From the NCBI GenBank assembly GCA_964625335.1, contig CAZVBE010000002.1, positions 36,689 through 100,688 of the forward strand: 64,000 nt of DNA. Direction: 5' to 3'. Under the pieces are notes generated by a model that was not told the origin of the DNA, made no database searches, and saw only the letters and a list, made by a program, of their open reading frames with translations. Positions 1 to 10,336 of the stretch are shown piece after piece. The number at the start of each line of letters is the position of its first letter. Position 1 is the first letter of the stretch. The translations under genes and the position numbers were made by a program. This DNA is from an uncultured Clostridium sp. Its GTDB lineage: Bacteria > Bacillota > Clostridia > Ch29.

Positions 1-131
1 TAAAGGACAGCATAAACAATGTGATTAACTCGATTAGTCTGCAGGATATGGTTGAGGACTATAAGCGAATAGGCAAGGACAATATTGGTAAAGAGGGGGA
101 CATTAACCATGACAAGAAGAGTTTATGTTGA
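1..131 (+). CDS. Rrf2-family transcriptional regulator (IscR/CymR-like), C-terminal fragment, 5' end outside window
   Basis: Frame 3 is open from the window edge to TGA at 129-131 (..VINSISLQDMVEDYKRIGKDNIGKEGDINHDKKSLC*). The tail resembles Rrf2 C-termini. It overlaps the iscS start, as in iscR-iscS-iscU operons. Confidence 0.45.
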   Translation, partial: KDSINNVINSISLQDMVEDYKRIGKDNIGKEGDINHDKKSLC

Positions 132-1296
132 TAATTCTGCTACCACACCAATACACCCGCAGGTGATTGAGGAAATGCTGCCCTATTTCACCGAAAAGTT
201 TGGTAACCCGTCCAGCATTCATTCCTTTGGAAGGGAAGCCAAACAGGCTATGGATGAGGCAAGGGAAAGGGTAGCCGGGGCAATTGGATCAAGAAACGAT
301 GAGATTTATTTCACTGGCAGCGGCACCGAAGCGGACAACTGGGCTGTAAAGGGAGCAGCATACGCAAACAGGCAAAAGGGCAATCATATAATTACCACAA
401 AAATCGAGCACCACGCAATACTTCATACCTGTGAGTATCTGGAGAAACACGGGTTTGACGTTACCTACCTTGATGTTGACGAATATGGTCAGATAAGCAC
501 AGAGGCTTTAAGGGAAGCAATAAACGACAGGACCATACTTGTTTCGGTCATGTTTGCCAACAATGAATTGGGTACAATACAGCCGGTTGAGGAAATAGGC
601 AGAATTACAAAGGAAAAGGGAATATATTTCCATACCGATGCGGTACAGGCCATGGGGAATATTGCCATCGACGTTAACAAACTAAACATTGACCTTCTTT
701 CCGTGTCGGCTCATAAAATCAGGGGTCCCAAGGGAATAGGAGCGCTGTATATAAGAAAAGGAGTCAGGATTGATAACCTCATCCACGGGGGAGCCCAGGA
801 ACGCAAAAAAAGGTCGGGGACAGAAAACGTTGCCGCAGTGGTTGGCCTGGGCAAAGCAGCCCAGCTTGTCTCGGATAACCTCAGGGAACACGTCGGGCGC
901 ATGACATTTTTGAGGGACAGGCTAATAAGCGGAATCAAAGAAAAAATCGGACATGTCAGGCTGAACGGCCATCCTATCGAAAGGCTTGCAAACAATGTGA
1001 ATTTTTCCTTCGATTTCATTGAGGGGGAAGCACTGCTTTTAAGCCTTGATATGGTCGGTATTGCTGCTTCAAGCGGCTCTGCCTGCACCTCCGGATCGCT
1101 GGACCCTTCCCATGTACTGCTGGCAACAGGTCTTAACCATGAAACGGCGCACGGCTCGCTGAGGATTAGCCTGGGGGAGATTAACACCAGGGAAGATATT
1201 GACTATATTTTAGAGCAGCTTCCGCCGATAGTAGATAGATTAAGGGAATTATCGCCGTTATTTAAACAGTGCGAAGGGGGAAAGGTGAGTGTATAA
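109..1296 (+). CDS. iscS: cysteine desulfurase (IscS/NifS family)
   Basis: The ORF starts VDNSATTP and carries the PLP-lysine region SVSAHKIRGPKG and the active-site loop SSGSACTSG. ATG at 109 follows RBS AAAGAGGGGG; the ORF-track start at 85 is an upstream in-frame TTG. Confidence 0.9.
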   Translation: MTRRVYVDNSATTPIHPQVIEEMLPYFTEKFGNPSSIHSFGREAKQAMDEARERVAGAIGSRNDEIYFTGSGTEADNWAVKGAAYANRQKGNHIITTKIEHHAILHTCEYLEKHGFDVTYLDVDEYGQISTEALREAINDRTILVSVMFANNELGTIQPVEEIGRITKEKGIYFHTDAVQAMGNIAIDVNKLNIDLLSVSAHKIRGPKGIGALYIRKGVRIDNLIHGGAQERKKRSGTENVAAVVGLGKAAQLVSDNLREHVGRMTFLRDRLISGIKEKIGHVRLNGHPIERLANNVNFSFDFIEGEALLLSLDMVGIAASSGSACTSGSLDPSHVLLATGLNHETAHGSLRISLGEINTREDIDYILEQLPPIVDRLRELSPLFKQCEGGKVSV

Positions 1297-1675
1297 CGAG
1301 AAGGTAATGGAGCACTTTATCAATCCAAGGAATGTGGGAGAGATAGAAGACGCGGATGGCATAGGAGAGGTCGGCAGTCCCCAGTGTGGCGACATTATGA
1401 AGATCTTTTTAAAGGTTGAGGATAATAAAATCAAGGATATCAAATTCAAGACCTTCGGCTGCGCCTCCGCTATAGCGTCCAGCAGTATTATGACAGAGAT
1501 GGTTAAGGGAAAGACAATAGAAGAAGCATTAAAACTAACAAATAAGGATGTGGTGGATGAGTTGGGAGGACTACCTGCGCCGAAGATACACTGTTCGGTC
1601 CTGGCCGAGGATGCAATAAGAAAGGCAATCCAGGATTACAGGGAGAAGAAGCAAAAAGTTAAGAACAGCGGGTGA
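1289..1675 (+). CDS. iscU: Fe-S cluster assembly scaffold IscU/NifU
   Basis: 128 aa, [41 protein letters not shown] matches IscU. GTG start overlaps the iscS stop. Confidence 0.9.
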   Translation: MYNEKVMEHFINPRNVGEIEDADGIGEVGSPQCGDIMKIFLKVEDNKIKDIKFKTFGCASAIASSSIMTEMVKGKTIEEALKLTNKDVVDELGGLPAPKIHCSVLAEDAIRKAIQDYREKKQKVKNSG

Positions 1676-1679
1676 TAAA

Positions 1680-2765
1680 ATGCAAAAGGACAGAGTGGTA
1701 ATGGCAATGAGCGGCGGTGTTGACAGCTCGGTGGCTGCTGCGCTGTTGCTGGAGAAAGGTTTTAAAGTGATAGGGGTGACCATGCAGTTATGGCCGGACA
1801 TGGGTGTAACTGAAAGGGAGGGCGGGTGCTGCTCCCTTTCAGCAGTGGAAGATGCCAGACGAGTGGCTGACAAGCTTGGCATACCCTACTATGTAATGAA
1901 CTTTAAGGATTATTTCCAGGAAAAAGTAATTGACTATTTCGTTGATGAATACCTTGAAGGTAAGACACCCAATCCGTGTATAGCATGCAACCGTTATGTC
2001 AAGTTTGAGGAACTCCTTAAGAGGGCCCACGGCCTTGATGCCTGGTATATAGCCACGGGGCACTATGCGAGAATAGAATTTGACAGGGGCAGAAACAGGT
2101 TTGTTATGAAAAAATCCAAAACTGCTGAAAAGGATCAGACCTATGCTTTGTACAATATGACCCAGTACCAGTTGGAGCATACGCTGATGCCCCTTGGGGA
2201 ATACACCAAGGACGAGACAAGGGAGACTGCAAAAAAACTGGGCCTTTCGGTGGCGGATAAACCGGACAGTCAGGAAATATGCTTTGTTGACGACAACAAT
2301 TATGGCAGATTTATCACCGACTGGACTTCAAGAGAAATTCACAGGGGTAATTTTATAGATACAAAGGGGAATGTATTGGGCAGGCACAGAGGAATTGTGC
2401 ACTACACCATAGGACAGAGGAAAGGACTTGGTCTTGCCCTTGGCAAACCGGTATATGTGATTGATATAGATGCGAAAAACAATGTCGTGATAATTGGCGA
2501 AGAGGATGAACTATACGGCAAGGGATTTATTGTTGAGGATGCAAATTACATATCGATTGACAGACTGGAAAAAAGGATGCAGATAAAGGTGAAAATCAGG
2601 TATTCCGCAAAACCGGCAGATGCCGAAATAGTACCCCGGGAGGGTGGCATGGTGGAGGTAAGGTTAAAAATACCACAAAGGGCAATAACACCGGGCCAGT
2701 CGGCGGTTTTCTACATGGATGACCTGGTGGTGGGAGGCGGAATAATAAAAGAACTGATACATTAA
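1680..2765 (+). CDS. mnmA: tRNA-specific 2-thiouridylase MnmA
   Basis: N-terminal PP-loop [15 protein letters not shown] and the conserved CxxC motifs of MnmA. The iscS-iscU-mnmA order is typical of Firmicutes. Confidence 0.9.
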   Translation: MQKDRVVMAMSGGVDSSVAAALLLEKGFKVIGVTMQLWPDMGVTEREGGCCSLSAVEDARRVADKLGIPYYVMNFKDYFQEKVIDYFVDEYLEGKTPNPCIACNRYVKFEELLKRAHGLDAWYIATGHYARIEFDRGRNRFVMKKSKTAEKDQTYALYNMTQYQLEHTLMPLGEYTKDETRETAKKLGLSVADKPDSQEICFVDDNNYGRFITDWTSREIHRGNFIDTKGNVLGRHRGIVHYTIGQRKGLGLALGKPVYVIDIDAKNNVVIIGEEDELYGKGFIVEDANYISIDRLEKRMQIKVKIRYSAKPADAEIVPREGGMVEVRLKIPQRAITPGQSAVFYMDDLVVGGGIIKELIH

Positions 2766-2771
2766 TTAACA

Positions 2772-2802
2772 AAAATGCACTTAATTACAGTGCATTTTTG
2801 TT
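2772..2802 (+). terminator. intrinsic terminator after mnmA
   Basis: AAATGCAC-ttaattaca-GTGCATTT hairpin followed by a T-run. Confidence 0.7.
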
Positions 2803-2854
2803 AGTTAATATCTAAAACTATTAAAGAAAGCAAGAATCCGGGGGAGAGGTTTTT

Positions 2855-3388
2855 TTGAAAAGGATTTCGGATATAGTTGGAATGGAAGTCGTGGATTCGA
2901 AGGGCAATCCAATGGGCGAAGTGGAAAAGGTTATATGTTCGAGGACCAGGGAAAGGGTGATGGGCATTATCCTTAAAAGAAAGAGATTTGCCAAGGGTAA
3001 TGCAATGGTACATTATAAGGATATACTGAGTTTTGGGGATGACCTGCTTATAGTTAACGACAGAGTGCTTACAAAGCCCTCTGAGATTCCTCCGGACATA
3101 AGCCGGGCATTGGAAGAGAAGGATATTACCGGATATTCCGTGCTTACCGCCGAAGGTAAAGAGATCGGGGCAATCAGGGATACTGTGATTAGCGAGGCCA
3201 ATGGAAGGTTAGAGGGATACCTTGTGGCCGGGGACCTCTTTGAGGATCTAATGAAAGGAAGGAAGATACTAAAACTGGAAAGGTCGGCGATAGTCGGTAA
3301 CGGGTTTATAACCTTAGAAGATAATAACACAGACGACATGGGAAAGAAGTCAGGAGGGCTTACCAATCTATTAAAAATAAATGAATAA
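2855..3388 (+). CDS. PRC-barrel domain protein
   Basis: 177 aa with the PRC-barrel-like pattern (MEVVDSKGNPMGEVEKV..; SVLTAEGKEIGAIRD). TTG start after GGGGAGAGG. Confidence 0.6.
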   Translation: MKRISDIVGMEVVDSKGNPMGEVEKVICSRTRERVMGIILKRKRFAKGNAMVHYKDILSFGDDLLIVNDRVLTKPSEIPPDISRALEEKDITGYSVLTAEGKEIGAIRDTVISEANGRLEGYLVAGDLFEDLMKGRKILKLERSAIVGNGFITLEDNNTDDMGKKSGGLTNLLKINE

Positions 3389-3414
3389 AACTACAGTTGA
3401 AAAGGGGTGTAAAC

Positions 3415-3588
3415 ATGGATAACAGATTCATACGCGGACTAATAATGGGCGGGATGATTGGAGCTGCAGTCTCTATGATGGTACCGCAGTCGGTGCCCAG
3501 AACCAGAAGACGAATGCAAAGGACAGGCAGGCGTATAGCAGGACGGGCAATGAATCTTATGCACGATGCCAAGGATATGGTAAGGTAG
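3415..3588 (+). CDS. small hypothetical membrane/basic protein
   Basis: ATG 3415 follows RBS AAAGGGGTG. It encodes a hydrophobic N-terminus (LIMGGMIGAAVSMMV) then an Arg-rich tail. No recognisable family. Confidence 0.3.
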   Translation: MDNRFIRGLIMGGMIGAAVSMMVPQSVPRTRRRMQRTGRRIAGRAMNLMHDAKDMVR

Positions 3589-3638
3589 ACTTACAGAAAG
3601 CGACTTTGTCGCTTTCTGTTGTATAGGGAGGATAAAAG

Positions 3639-4685
3639 TTGACAGGCAAAACAAAGAAAATTCTGATTATAATTACAGCATCCTTCCTGGTATTACTGCT
3701 TGGAATGTTTTTTGTTATGAACAGGAATATTATATGGGCTATACTAAAGCCCTTTATCATAGGCGTAACCATTGCCTATTTATTCAACCCTCTTGTTGAA
3801 GCAGCGACAGAAAGGGGCAGCCATAGAATAACAGCTGTTATTCTTGTATATACCGTTGTTTTAGGTTTTGTTGCCGGGACGTCGTACTTTTTTTTGCCCC
3901 AGGTGTACAGGGAAACTTTGAAACTGATGGATATACTGCCGGATTATGCTTTTAAAGCCAAGGATTATCTGGATAATATATATATAAGATTTAGCAAAGC
4001 TCTTACCCCTGAGCTTAAGGAGGCAATCAGGGACAACATTGACGATATCCAGGAGTTAATTATAAATCAGATTAAGAATCTGTCTGAAAAATTCCTGGCT
4101 TTCTTTGGAGGGCTGGTAAATTGGATAATTGCCCTGGTGATTTCATTTTATCTGTTGAAGGATAAAAACTATTTCTTGAATTTGGCCGAGTATATAATAC
4201 CTGTCAGTATGAGACAGGATGCTGCCAGGATAAGCGATGAGATAAACAGCGTGCTTATGAGATTTATACGCGGCCAGCTGCTGGTTTCAATTATAGTAGG
4301 GATTTCGGCCACAATCGGCTTTTTACTTATTGACTTGAACTTTGCAGTATTAATGGGCATAATCACAGGCCTGGGAAACGTTATTCCCTATTTCGGGCCG
4401 GTCTTCGGCGGCATCCCGGTAGCGGTGGTAGGACTTATGGAAAGCCCGACCAAGGCATTATGGGCAGTCATTATAGTGGTAATTGTACAGCAGCTTGAAA
4501 GTGGTATAATAACGCCCAAAATCCTGGGCGACAGCGTTGGGATTCACCCCGTTTTCATAATACTGTCGCTGCTTATCGCGGGTCAGTTTTTCGGATTAAT
4601 AGGACTGTTCTTTGCGGTTCCTGCGGCGGCAATATTAAAGATTTTTGCAGTGTATATTTTCAACAAAATCGTGAATACAACATAA
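3639..4685 (+). CDS. AI-2E family transporter (YtvI/PerM-like permease)
   Basis: 348 aa polytopic membrane protein with the AI-2E signature region GNVIPYFGPVFGGIPVAVVGL. TTG start after GGGAGGA. Confidence 0.75.
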   Translation: MTGKTKKILIIITASFLVLLLGMFFVMNRNIIWAILKPFIIGVTIAYLFNPLVEAATERGSHRITAVILVYTVVLGFVAGTSYFFLPQVYRETLKLMDILPDYAFKAKDYLDNIYIRFSKALTPELKEAIRDNIDDIQELIINQIKNLSEKFLAFFGGLVNWIIALVISFYLLKDKNYFLNLAEYIIPVSMRQDAARISDEINSVLMRFIRGQLLVSIIVGISATIGFLLIDLNFAVLMGIITGLGNVIPYFGPVFGGIPVAVVGLMESPTKALWAVIIVVIVQQLESGIITPKILGDSVGIHPVFIILSLLIAGQFFGLIGLFFAVPAAAILKIFAVYIFNKIVNTT

Positions 4686-4699
4686 ATAATAAATATTAT

Positions 4700-4728
4700 T
4701 TGACAAGGAAGGGCAGTTTATATATAAT
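4700..4728 (+). promoter_or_regulatory. sigma-A type promoter of the alaS leader
   Basis: TTGACA (4700-4705), 17-nt spacer, TATAAT (4723-4728). Confidence 0.65.
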
Positions 4729-4735
4729 TCTATTT

Positions 4736-4985
4736 AAAATTAATAGTTCAGGAAAGACAGTGAAGGGAAGTAGTAATTCGATTCCGTTTCCACAGAAAGA
4801 AAGCCCGCGGCTGAAAGGCTTTTGGAACAGGGCGAATGAAGCAGTCCCGGAGTTGCAGTATCGAAATGAGAGTAGATGCTGCCGGATGTATCCGTTATAT
4901 ATTACAAGAGGCCGTTTTTAGGCAATTAGGGTGGTACCGCGGATTAGTCCCCGTCCCTGACACACGTCAGAGACGGGGTTTTTAT
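4736..4985 (+). promoter_or_regulatory. T-box leader RNA (tRNA-Ala responsive) with terminator
   Basis: Conserved T-box sequence AATTAGGGTGGTACCGCGG at 4924-4942. It is followed by the terminator CCCCGTCCCTGACACACGTCAGAGACGGGG TTTTT (4948-4985). The leader lies upstream of alaS, as in other Firmicutes. Confidence 0.8.
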
Positions 4986-5016
4986 TATCAACGGTGTGTC
5001 CCCCTACCCGAAAGAC

Positions 5017-5035
5017 TATCAATCGGGGACATTCC
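5017..5035 (+). repeat. dispersed short repeat unit TATCAATCGGGGACATTCC (copy A)
   Basis: Near-identical copies at 62009-62035 and 63313-63341. Each is preceded by CCCG-NRAG and flanked by GGTGTGTCCCC/GGGGACATTCC-type inverted units (4987-5003, 5055-5071). Confidence 0.7.
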
Positions 5036-5097
5036 GTAATGAGGAATACCCGAATATCAACGGTGTGTCCCCATACCACTATAGAGGAGGTTATAGA

Positions 5098-7737
5098 ATG
5101 GAACAATTGGGTTTAAATGAAATACGGGAAAGATATCTGAAATTCTTTGAGAGCAAAGAGCATTTGAGACTGCCTAGTTTTCCCCTTGTTCCACAAAACG
5201 ATAAAAGCCTGCTGCTTATTAACAGCGGCATGGCGCCTTTGAAACCGTATTTTACAGGGTCCCAGACACCACCTGCCAACAGGGTGACTACCTGCCAGAA
5301 GTGTATCAGAACCCCGGATATTGAGCGTGTCGGCAAGACAGCGCGGCACGGCACCTTCTTCGAAATGCTGGGTAATTTCTCATTTGGGGATTATTTTAAA
5401 GATGAAGCCATTGCGTGGGCATGGGAGTTTGTTACCGAAGACCTAAAGCTTCCAGAGGACCGGTTATGGATTACCATATATCAGGATGATGACGAGGCCT
5501 TTGATATATGGAATAAATCGATAGGCATACCGGCCGACAGGATAGTGCGAATGGGTAAGGAGGATAATTTCTGGGAAATAGGACTGGGTCCCTGCGGGCC
5601 GTGTTCCGAAATATATTTTGACAGGGGTGAAAAATACGGCTGCGGCAGCGAGGATTGCAAGGTAGGCTGCGACTGTGACAGGTATGTGGAATTCTGGAAC
5701 CTGGTGTTTACACAGTTTGACAGAGATTCGGAAGGCGTATATCACAAATTGGAAAGCCCCAATATTGATACAGGAATGGGCCTGGAAAGAATGGCAGCAA
5801 TAATGCAGGGTGTGGACACCATGTTTGAAGTGGACACCATTGGACATGTCCTTAACTACATTGCCCATATAACCGGTAACAGGTATGGAGAGGATCCGAA
5901 ATCCGATGTATCAATAAGGGTCATTACCGACCATATAAGAGGGGTTACCAACATGATCAGCGACGGAGTACTCCCTTCCAATGAAGGCAGAGGTTATGTA
6001 CTGAGAAGGCTGCTGCGAAGGGCTGCCCGTCACGGAAAGCTGCTTGGTATTGAAGGAAGCTTTTTGTATGACATATCAAGCAAGGTTATAGAGGTGTCCG
6101 GCAAGGCCTATCCGGTGCTGGAGGAAAAAAGGGAATATATACAAAACATTATCAGGCTGGAAGAAGAGAGATTTCAGGAGACTCTGGACCAGGGGTTGTA
6201 TATACTGCAGGAATACATTCTGGAAATACAAAAGGTAAGCGGCAGTATACTGCCCGGGGACAAAGCCTTTAAGCTGTATGATACCTTCGGGTTTCCACTG
6301 GATTTGACCAGAGATATTCTTGAAGATGAGGGCATGACTGTGGATAAGGACGGGTTTGACAAGGCAATGACGGTTCAACGAGACAGAGCAAGAGCTGCCC
6401 GGGCAGAGGCCCAAACTGTGGGATGGAGTGATGAGACATCTTCACAACTGGAGGGGATTGCCGCCACAAGGTTTGAAGGCTATGAGAAATGCAGTAATAA
6501 GACAAGGATTGCGGCGGTATTAAAGGAGAACACCCTGGTGAAAGAGGCAGTTGAAGGAGACCGGGTAGCAGTGGTACTGGATTCTACCCCCTTCTATGCA
6601 GAAAGTGGAGGTCAGGCAGGGGATACGGGAGAAATCAAAGGCGAGACCTTCGTTATAGAGATTAAGGACTGCAAAGCCGTACGGGGAGACATATTTTTGC
6701 ATATAGGCATGGTGAAGACCGGCTCGATAATGCCCGGCATGGAAGCCACTGCAAGCATTGACGTCAGTCAGAGGACCGATGCTGCGCGGAATCACACTGC
6801 CACACACTTGCTGCACAGGGCATTAAGAACTGTGCTGGGTGACCATGTCCAGCAGGCGGGTTCTCTGGTGCAGCCGGACCGACTGCGGTTTGATTTTACA
6901 CACATTTCCCCAATGACAGCCAGGCAGCTGGATGAGGTGGAAAGCATTGTTAACCGGAGGATACTGGACGACCTTGCGGTTGAAACGGTCCAAACCGATA
7001 TGGACAGGGCAAGGGAAATGGGAGCAACGGCTCTTTTCGGTGAAAAGTATGGGGATACTGTCAGGGTGGTAAAAGCCGGCGACTTTTCCATAGAGCTATG
7101 TGGAGGCACGCATGTTAACAGGACTTCAGCCCTTGGAATGTTCGTGCTTGTCGGGGAAAGCGGTATTGCCGCAGGGGTGAGAAGAATAGAGGCTTTGACC
7201 GGAAAAAGAGCTTTTGAGCATATCAAAAACAGGGAAAGGATTTTGATACAGACTGCCCATATACTGAAAACCTCCCCCGATAACTTTGAAGCCAGGATAC
7301 ATGGACTTTTGGAGGAGCTCAAAACAAAGGACAGGGAAATAGGTGCTTTAAGACAAAAACTTGCTGCGCATGAAACCGACAGACTTATTGATGATGCAAG
7401 AGAAATAAAGGGCATAAAGGTGGTTGCAGCCCGGGTGGATAATCTCGATATGAATGCATTGAGGAATTTGGGGGACAGCCTGAGAAACAGGCTGAAATCC
7501 GGAGTGGTGGTATTGGCTTCCAACAAGGATGACAAGATAAATATGGTGGCTATGGCTACCGGGGATGCAGTTTCGGCAGGTGCCCACTCAGGCAGAATTA
7601 TTAAAGAGGTGGCGGCAATTGCCGGGGGCGGCGGTGGAGGAAAACCCGACATAGCCCAGGCCGGAGCAAAGAGGCCTGAAAAAATTCCGGATGCCCTGGA
7701 TAAAGTCTATGCAATCTTACAATCACAGTTGAAATAA
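5098..7737 (+). CDS. alaS: alanine--tRNA ligase
   Basis: 880 aa from ATG 5098 (RBS AGGAGG). Class II aaRS motifs are present, as are the editing-domain HxxxH and the C-terminal DHHA1 GGGGGGK. The ORF-track start at 4996 reads through the leader. Confidence 0.93.
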   Translation: MEQLGLNEIRERYLKFFESKEHLRLPSFPLVPQNDKSLLLINSGMAPLKPYFTGSQTPPANRVTTCQKCIRTPDIERVGKTARHGTFFEMLGNFSFGDYFKDEAIAWAWEFVTEDLKLPEDRLWITIYQDDDEAFDIWNKSIGIPADRIVRMGKEDNFWEIGLGPCGPCSEIYFDRGEKYGCGSEDCKVGCDCDRYVEFWNLVFTQFDRDSEGVYHKLESPNIDTGMGLERMAAIMQGVDTMFEVDTIGHVLNYIAHITGNRYGEDPKSDVSIRVITDHIRGVTNMISDGVLPSNEGRGYVLRRLLRRAARHGKLLGIEGSFLYDISSKVIEVSGKAYPVLEEKREYIQNIIRLEEERFQETLDQGLYILQEYILEIQKVSGSILPGDKAFKLYDTFGFPLDLTRDILEDEGMTVDKDGFDKAMTVQRDRARAARAEAQTVGWSDETSSQLEGIAATRFEGYEKCSNKTRIAAVLKENTLVKEAVEGDRVAVVLDSTPFYAESGGQAGDTGEIKGETFVIEIKDCKAVRGDIFLHIGMVKTGSIMPGMEATASIDVSQRTDAARNHTATHLLHRALRTVLGDHVQQAGSLVQPDRLRFDFTHISPMTARQLDEVESIVNRRILDDLAVETVQTDMDRAREMGATALFGEKYGDTVRVVKAGDFSIELCGGTHVNRTSALGMFVLVGESGIAAGVRRIEALTGKRAFEHIKNRERILIQTAHILKTSPDNFEARIHGLLEELKTKDREIGALRQKLAAHETDRLIDDAREIKGIKVVAARVDNLDMNALRNLGDSLRNRLKSGVVVLASNKDDKINMVAMATGDAVSAGAHSGRIIKEVAAIAGGGGGGKPDIAQAGAKRPEKIPDALDKVYAILQSQLK

Positions 7738-7747
7738 ACACTCCCCT

Positions 7748-7784
7748 TAAACGGCCGGCTGCCTTACCGGCCGTTTATCCTTTA
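7748..7784 (+). terminator. intrinsic terminator after alaS
   Basis: AAACGGCCGG-ctgcctta-CCGGCCGTTT hairpin then a T-rich tract. Confidence 0.65.
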
Positions 7785-7860
7785 AGAATTATTTGTATTT
7801 GTCTGGCATGTGTATTAATATATAATATATGGTAATAAATATTAAAAAGGAGTGTTGAGC

Positions 7861-8118
7861 GTGTTAAAGGATACCGATAAAACTATGAAGTTTAACGTGG
7901 ACAAGGAAGAACTTGACCGGGTAAAGGAAGTACTTTCTTCAGTATACAACGCTCTTAAAGAAAAGGGGTATAATCCCATCAACCAGATTGTGGGTTATAT
8001 AATTTCAGGAGACCCTACATATATTACCAGCCATAATAATGCAAGAAGCCTTATCGGCAAGGTAGAAAGAGACGAAATACTAGAGGAGATTGTTAAGGAA
8101 TATCTTAAAAACCTGTAG
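7861..8118 (+). CDS. ireB: IreB-family (UPF0297, YrzL-like) regulatory protein
   Basis: About 85 aa. The motif [20 protein letters not shown] is characteristic of UPF0297. It sits immediately after alaS, as yrzL does in Bacillus. Confidence 0.75.
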   Translation: MLKDTDKTMKFNVDKEELDRVKEVLSSVYNALKEKGYNPINQIVGYIISGDPTYITSHNNARSLIGKVERDEILEEIVKEYLKNL

Positions 8119-8134
8119 GTAAAGTATAAGGCGG

Positions 8135-10321
8135 GTGCTATCCTTTGTGAAACTTGGTAAGGGCATAATATTATCCGGCATTCTAATTTTTTTTGCACTG
8201 TTTTCGACGGCAACGGAGGCTAAAACATATGACGATGCTGCAAAGAAGGCAGTGCTGGTGGTGGTTGACAGGATATCCTTTGAAGATATAGAGGACTTGC
8301 CCGGATTCAGACAAATGATAGACAGCGGCTCTATTGCCCTTATGAACAACAGACCTTCGGGTACCTACAGCGCCAGCAAGGGCTATGTCAACATAGGCAG
8401 CGGAGCAAGAGCCGAGGGTACGGCGTCGGCGCTTGGGGCGCTGGAGGCAGACGAAAGTGTCCGGGAGTTGTTTTACAGCCGTACCGGGCATACTGTAAGT
8501 GAAGGAATGGTAGTTAACCCGAATATAAACAGGCTGATTAACCAGAATAAAAGGGGTGAGTACGGCGCAACAGCGGGTAATATAGGACATTTTCTAAGGG
8601 GTGAGGGATACAGAACGGCGGTACTGGGAAATGCAGATTGCGGGAATAACCAGATACGATGGGCCATATCCATTGCAATGGATAGAAACGGGATAGCGGA
8701 TGATGGAGTGGTTGGGGATGACATATTGCAGGAGGATGAAGGTTTTCCCACCGGAAGGAGAACTGATTTTCCCAGGATGTACACCTGTTTTGAGGAAATA
8801 CAGCAAAGGGCGGATTTCATTGTTATAGAAACGGGAGATTTAACTAGAATAGAAGAAAGCAGGGATATGCTTAATGAGACGATGTATAAAAGTCACAGAC
8901 AGGATTCCCTGCTGAAAATAGATGAATTTATCACACACCTGAAAGAAAGAGCGGATTTGGAAGACTGGCTTGTGCTGATTGCAACGCCCTATCCCTCTGA
9001 AGCCGGTATAGCTCAAGGGGCCAGGCTGACCCCTTTAATAGTTTACGGCGGGGAGTTTTTACCGGGACTGCTTACTTCCGGTACAACCAGAAGGAAAGGA
9101 ATAGTCGGGAGTATAGACATAGCCCCGACGGTGCTTGGTCATTTCGGTGTTCCGGCGCGGGAACTTACCGGACGTCACTTAAGACCGGTGCCGGTATCCG
9201 GCAACCTGGAAGAAGTAAAGAGAATTAATACCGTAACCGTTAACACCTCAAACTTCAGGTATCCGGTACTGTACAACTATGCATTATTTGTTATATTTGT
9301 AGTGCTGTTTGGGCTTTATACAATAATATACCCGGGGTTTTTGCAGGGACGGCTTGTTCCAATGGAGGAGTTTGCACTTATTCTTATAATGCTATTTCCT
9401 GCTATGCTGCTTATACTTCCTCTTCTGGGTCTTAATACTCTTATGGGGAATGTTGCTGCAGCGGTGCTCGGGACCACGGGGATAAGTCTTATGTTATATC
9501 GGCACATAAAGGATGTTAATGACTTGCTTTTTATCGCATCGGGGCTCACTATTCTTTTGATTGTACTTGATATTGTTACAGGGGGCAGAATGATTCAAAG
9601 CTCAATTCTTGGTTACGATCCGATAATCGGAGCCCGGTACTATGGTATAGGAAACGAGTATATGGGGATTGCCGCGGGCAGCGTAATAATTGCCGCCTGT
9701 TCTCTGCTGGAACGGAGGAAAGCCGGATTGAGAATAATCGCGCTTTTGCTGGGAATTGTGGTCATTGTAATTGGCTACCCCGGCCTGGGTGCAAATATGG
9801 GGGGAGCCATAACCTGCCTTTTGGCCTTTGGTTTTTTCATTTTCCGTGTTTTGGGAATACAGATTGGGATTAAGCAGATCGCAACGATTGGTCTTGTAAT
9901 GGCAGCGGTTATATCGGTATTTTTAGTAATGGATGCGGTGTTTCTGGAAGAGCACTCCCACCTGGCGGCAGCAGCCCATGGAGCAGTCCAGGATGGACCT
10001 TTGCATATACTTGCCATAATACAGAGGAAGGTTTCAATGAACCTTAAGCTGTTGAGGTATACCGTTTGGACAAAAGTATTGATAACGGTAATAGCTGTTA
10101 CAGGAATACTGTTTTACAGGCCGGTAGGGATTTTTACGGGAGTATTTGCCAAATATCCTTATTATGCTAAGGGGTGGTCGGCTTTGGTGGTGGCCGCTGC
10201 GGCAGGAATAGCGGTTAACGATTCCGGGGTGGTGACTTCGGCCACCGGAAGCATCTTTTTTATAACGAGTATGCTGTATATATTGATACAGGAAAGAAAA
10301 AAGATAAGGGGGCCGGCATAG
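8135..10321 (+). CDS. hypothetical membrane protein (signal peptide, ~380-aa extracytoplasmic domain, C-terminal polytopic domain)
   Basis: 728 aa. N-terminal hydrophobic segment, a soluble region to about aa 380, then at least 8 predicted TM helices. No family recognised by eye. Confidence 0.55.
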   Translation: MLSFVKLGKGIILSGILIFFALFSTATEAKTYDDAAKKAVLVVVDRISFEDIEDLPGFRQMIDSGSIALMNNRPSGTYSASKGYVNIGSGARAEGTASALGALEADESVRELFYSRTGHTVSEGMVVNPNINRLINQNKRGEYGATAGNIGHFLRGEGYRTAVLGNADCGNNQIRWAISIAMDRNGIADDGVVGDDILQEDEGFPTGRRTDFPRMYTCFEEIQQRADFIVIETGDLTRIEESRDMLNETMYKSHRQDSLLKIDEFITHLKERADLEDWLVLIATPYPSEAGIAQGARLTPLIVYGGEFLPGLLTSGTTRRKGIVGSIDIAPTVLGHFGVPARELTGRHLRPVPVSGNLEEVKRINTVTVNTSNFRYPVLYNYALFVIFVVLFGLYTIIYPGFLQGRLVPMEEFALILIMLFPAMLLILPLLGLNTLMGNVAAAVLGTTGISLMLYRHIKDVNDLLFIASGLTILLIVLDIVTGGRMIQSSILGYDPIIGARYYGIGNEYMGIAAGSVIIAACSLLERRKAGLRIIALLLGIVVIVIGYPGLGANMGGAITCLLAFGFFIFRVLGIQIGIKQIATIGLVMAAVISVFLVMDAVFLEEHSHLAAAAHGAVQDGPLHILAIIQRKVSMNLKLLRYTVWTKVLITVIAVTGILFYRPVGIFTGVFAKYPYYAKGWSALVVAAAAGIAVNDSGVVTSATGSIFFITSMLYILIQERKKIRGPA

Positions 10322-10336
10322 GTGCCGGAAAAATAA

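Noticed and set aside
711-1187. 158-aa minus-strand ORF inside iscS
   Set aside because: Antisense to cysteine desulfurase; no support.
4700-5039. Two short plus-strand ORFs (73 aa, 67 aa) in the alaS upstream region
   Set aside because: They overlap the T-box leader RNA (conserved T-box box and terminator). They have no RBS, and the region is explained as non-coding regulatory RNA.
6792-7652. 286-aa minus-strand ORF inside alaS
   Set aside because: Entirely antisense to a confidently identified, highly conserved CDS. It has a low-complexity S/A/L-rich translation and no RBS. It is an antisense artefact.
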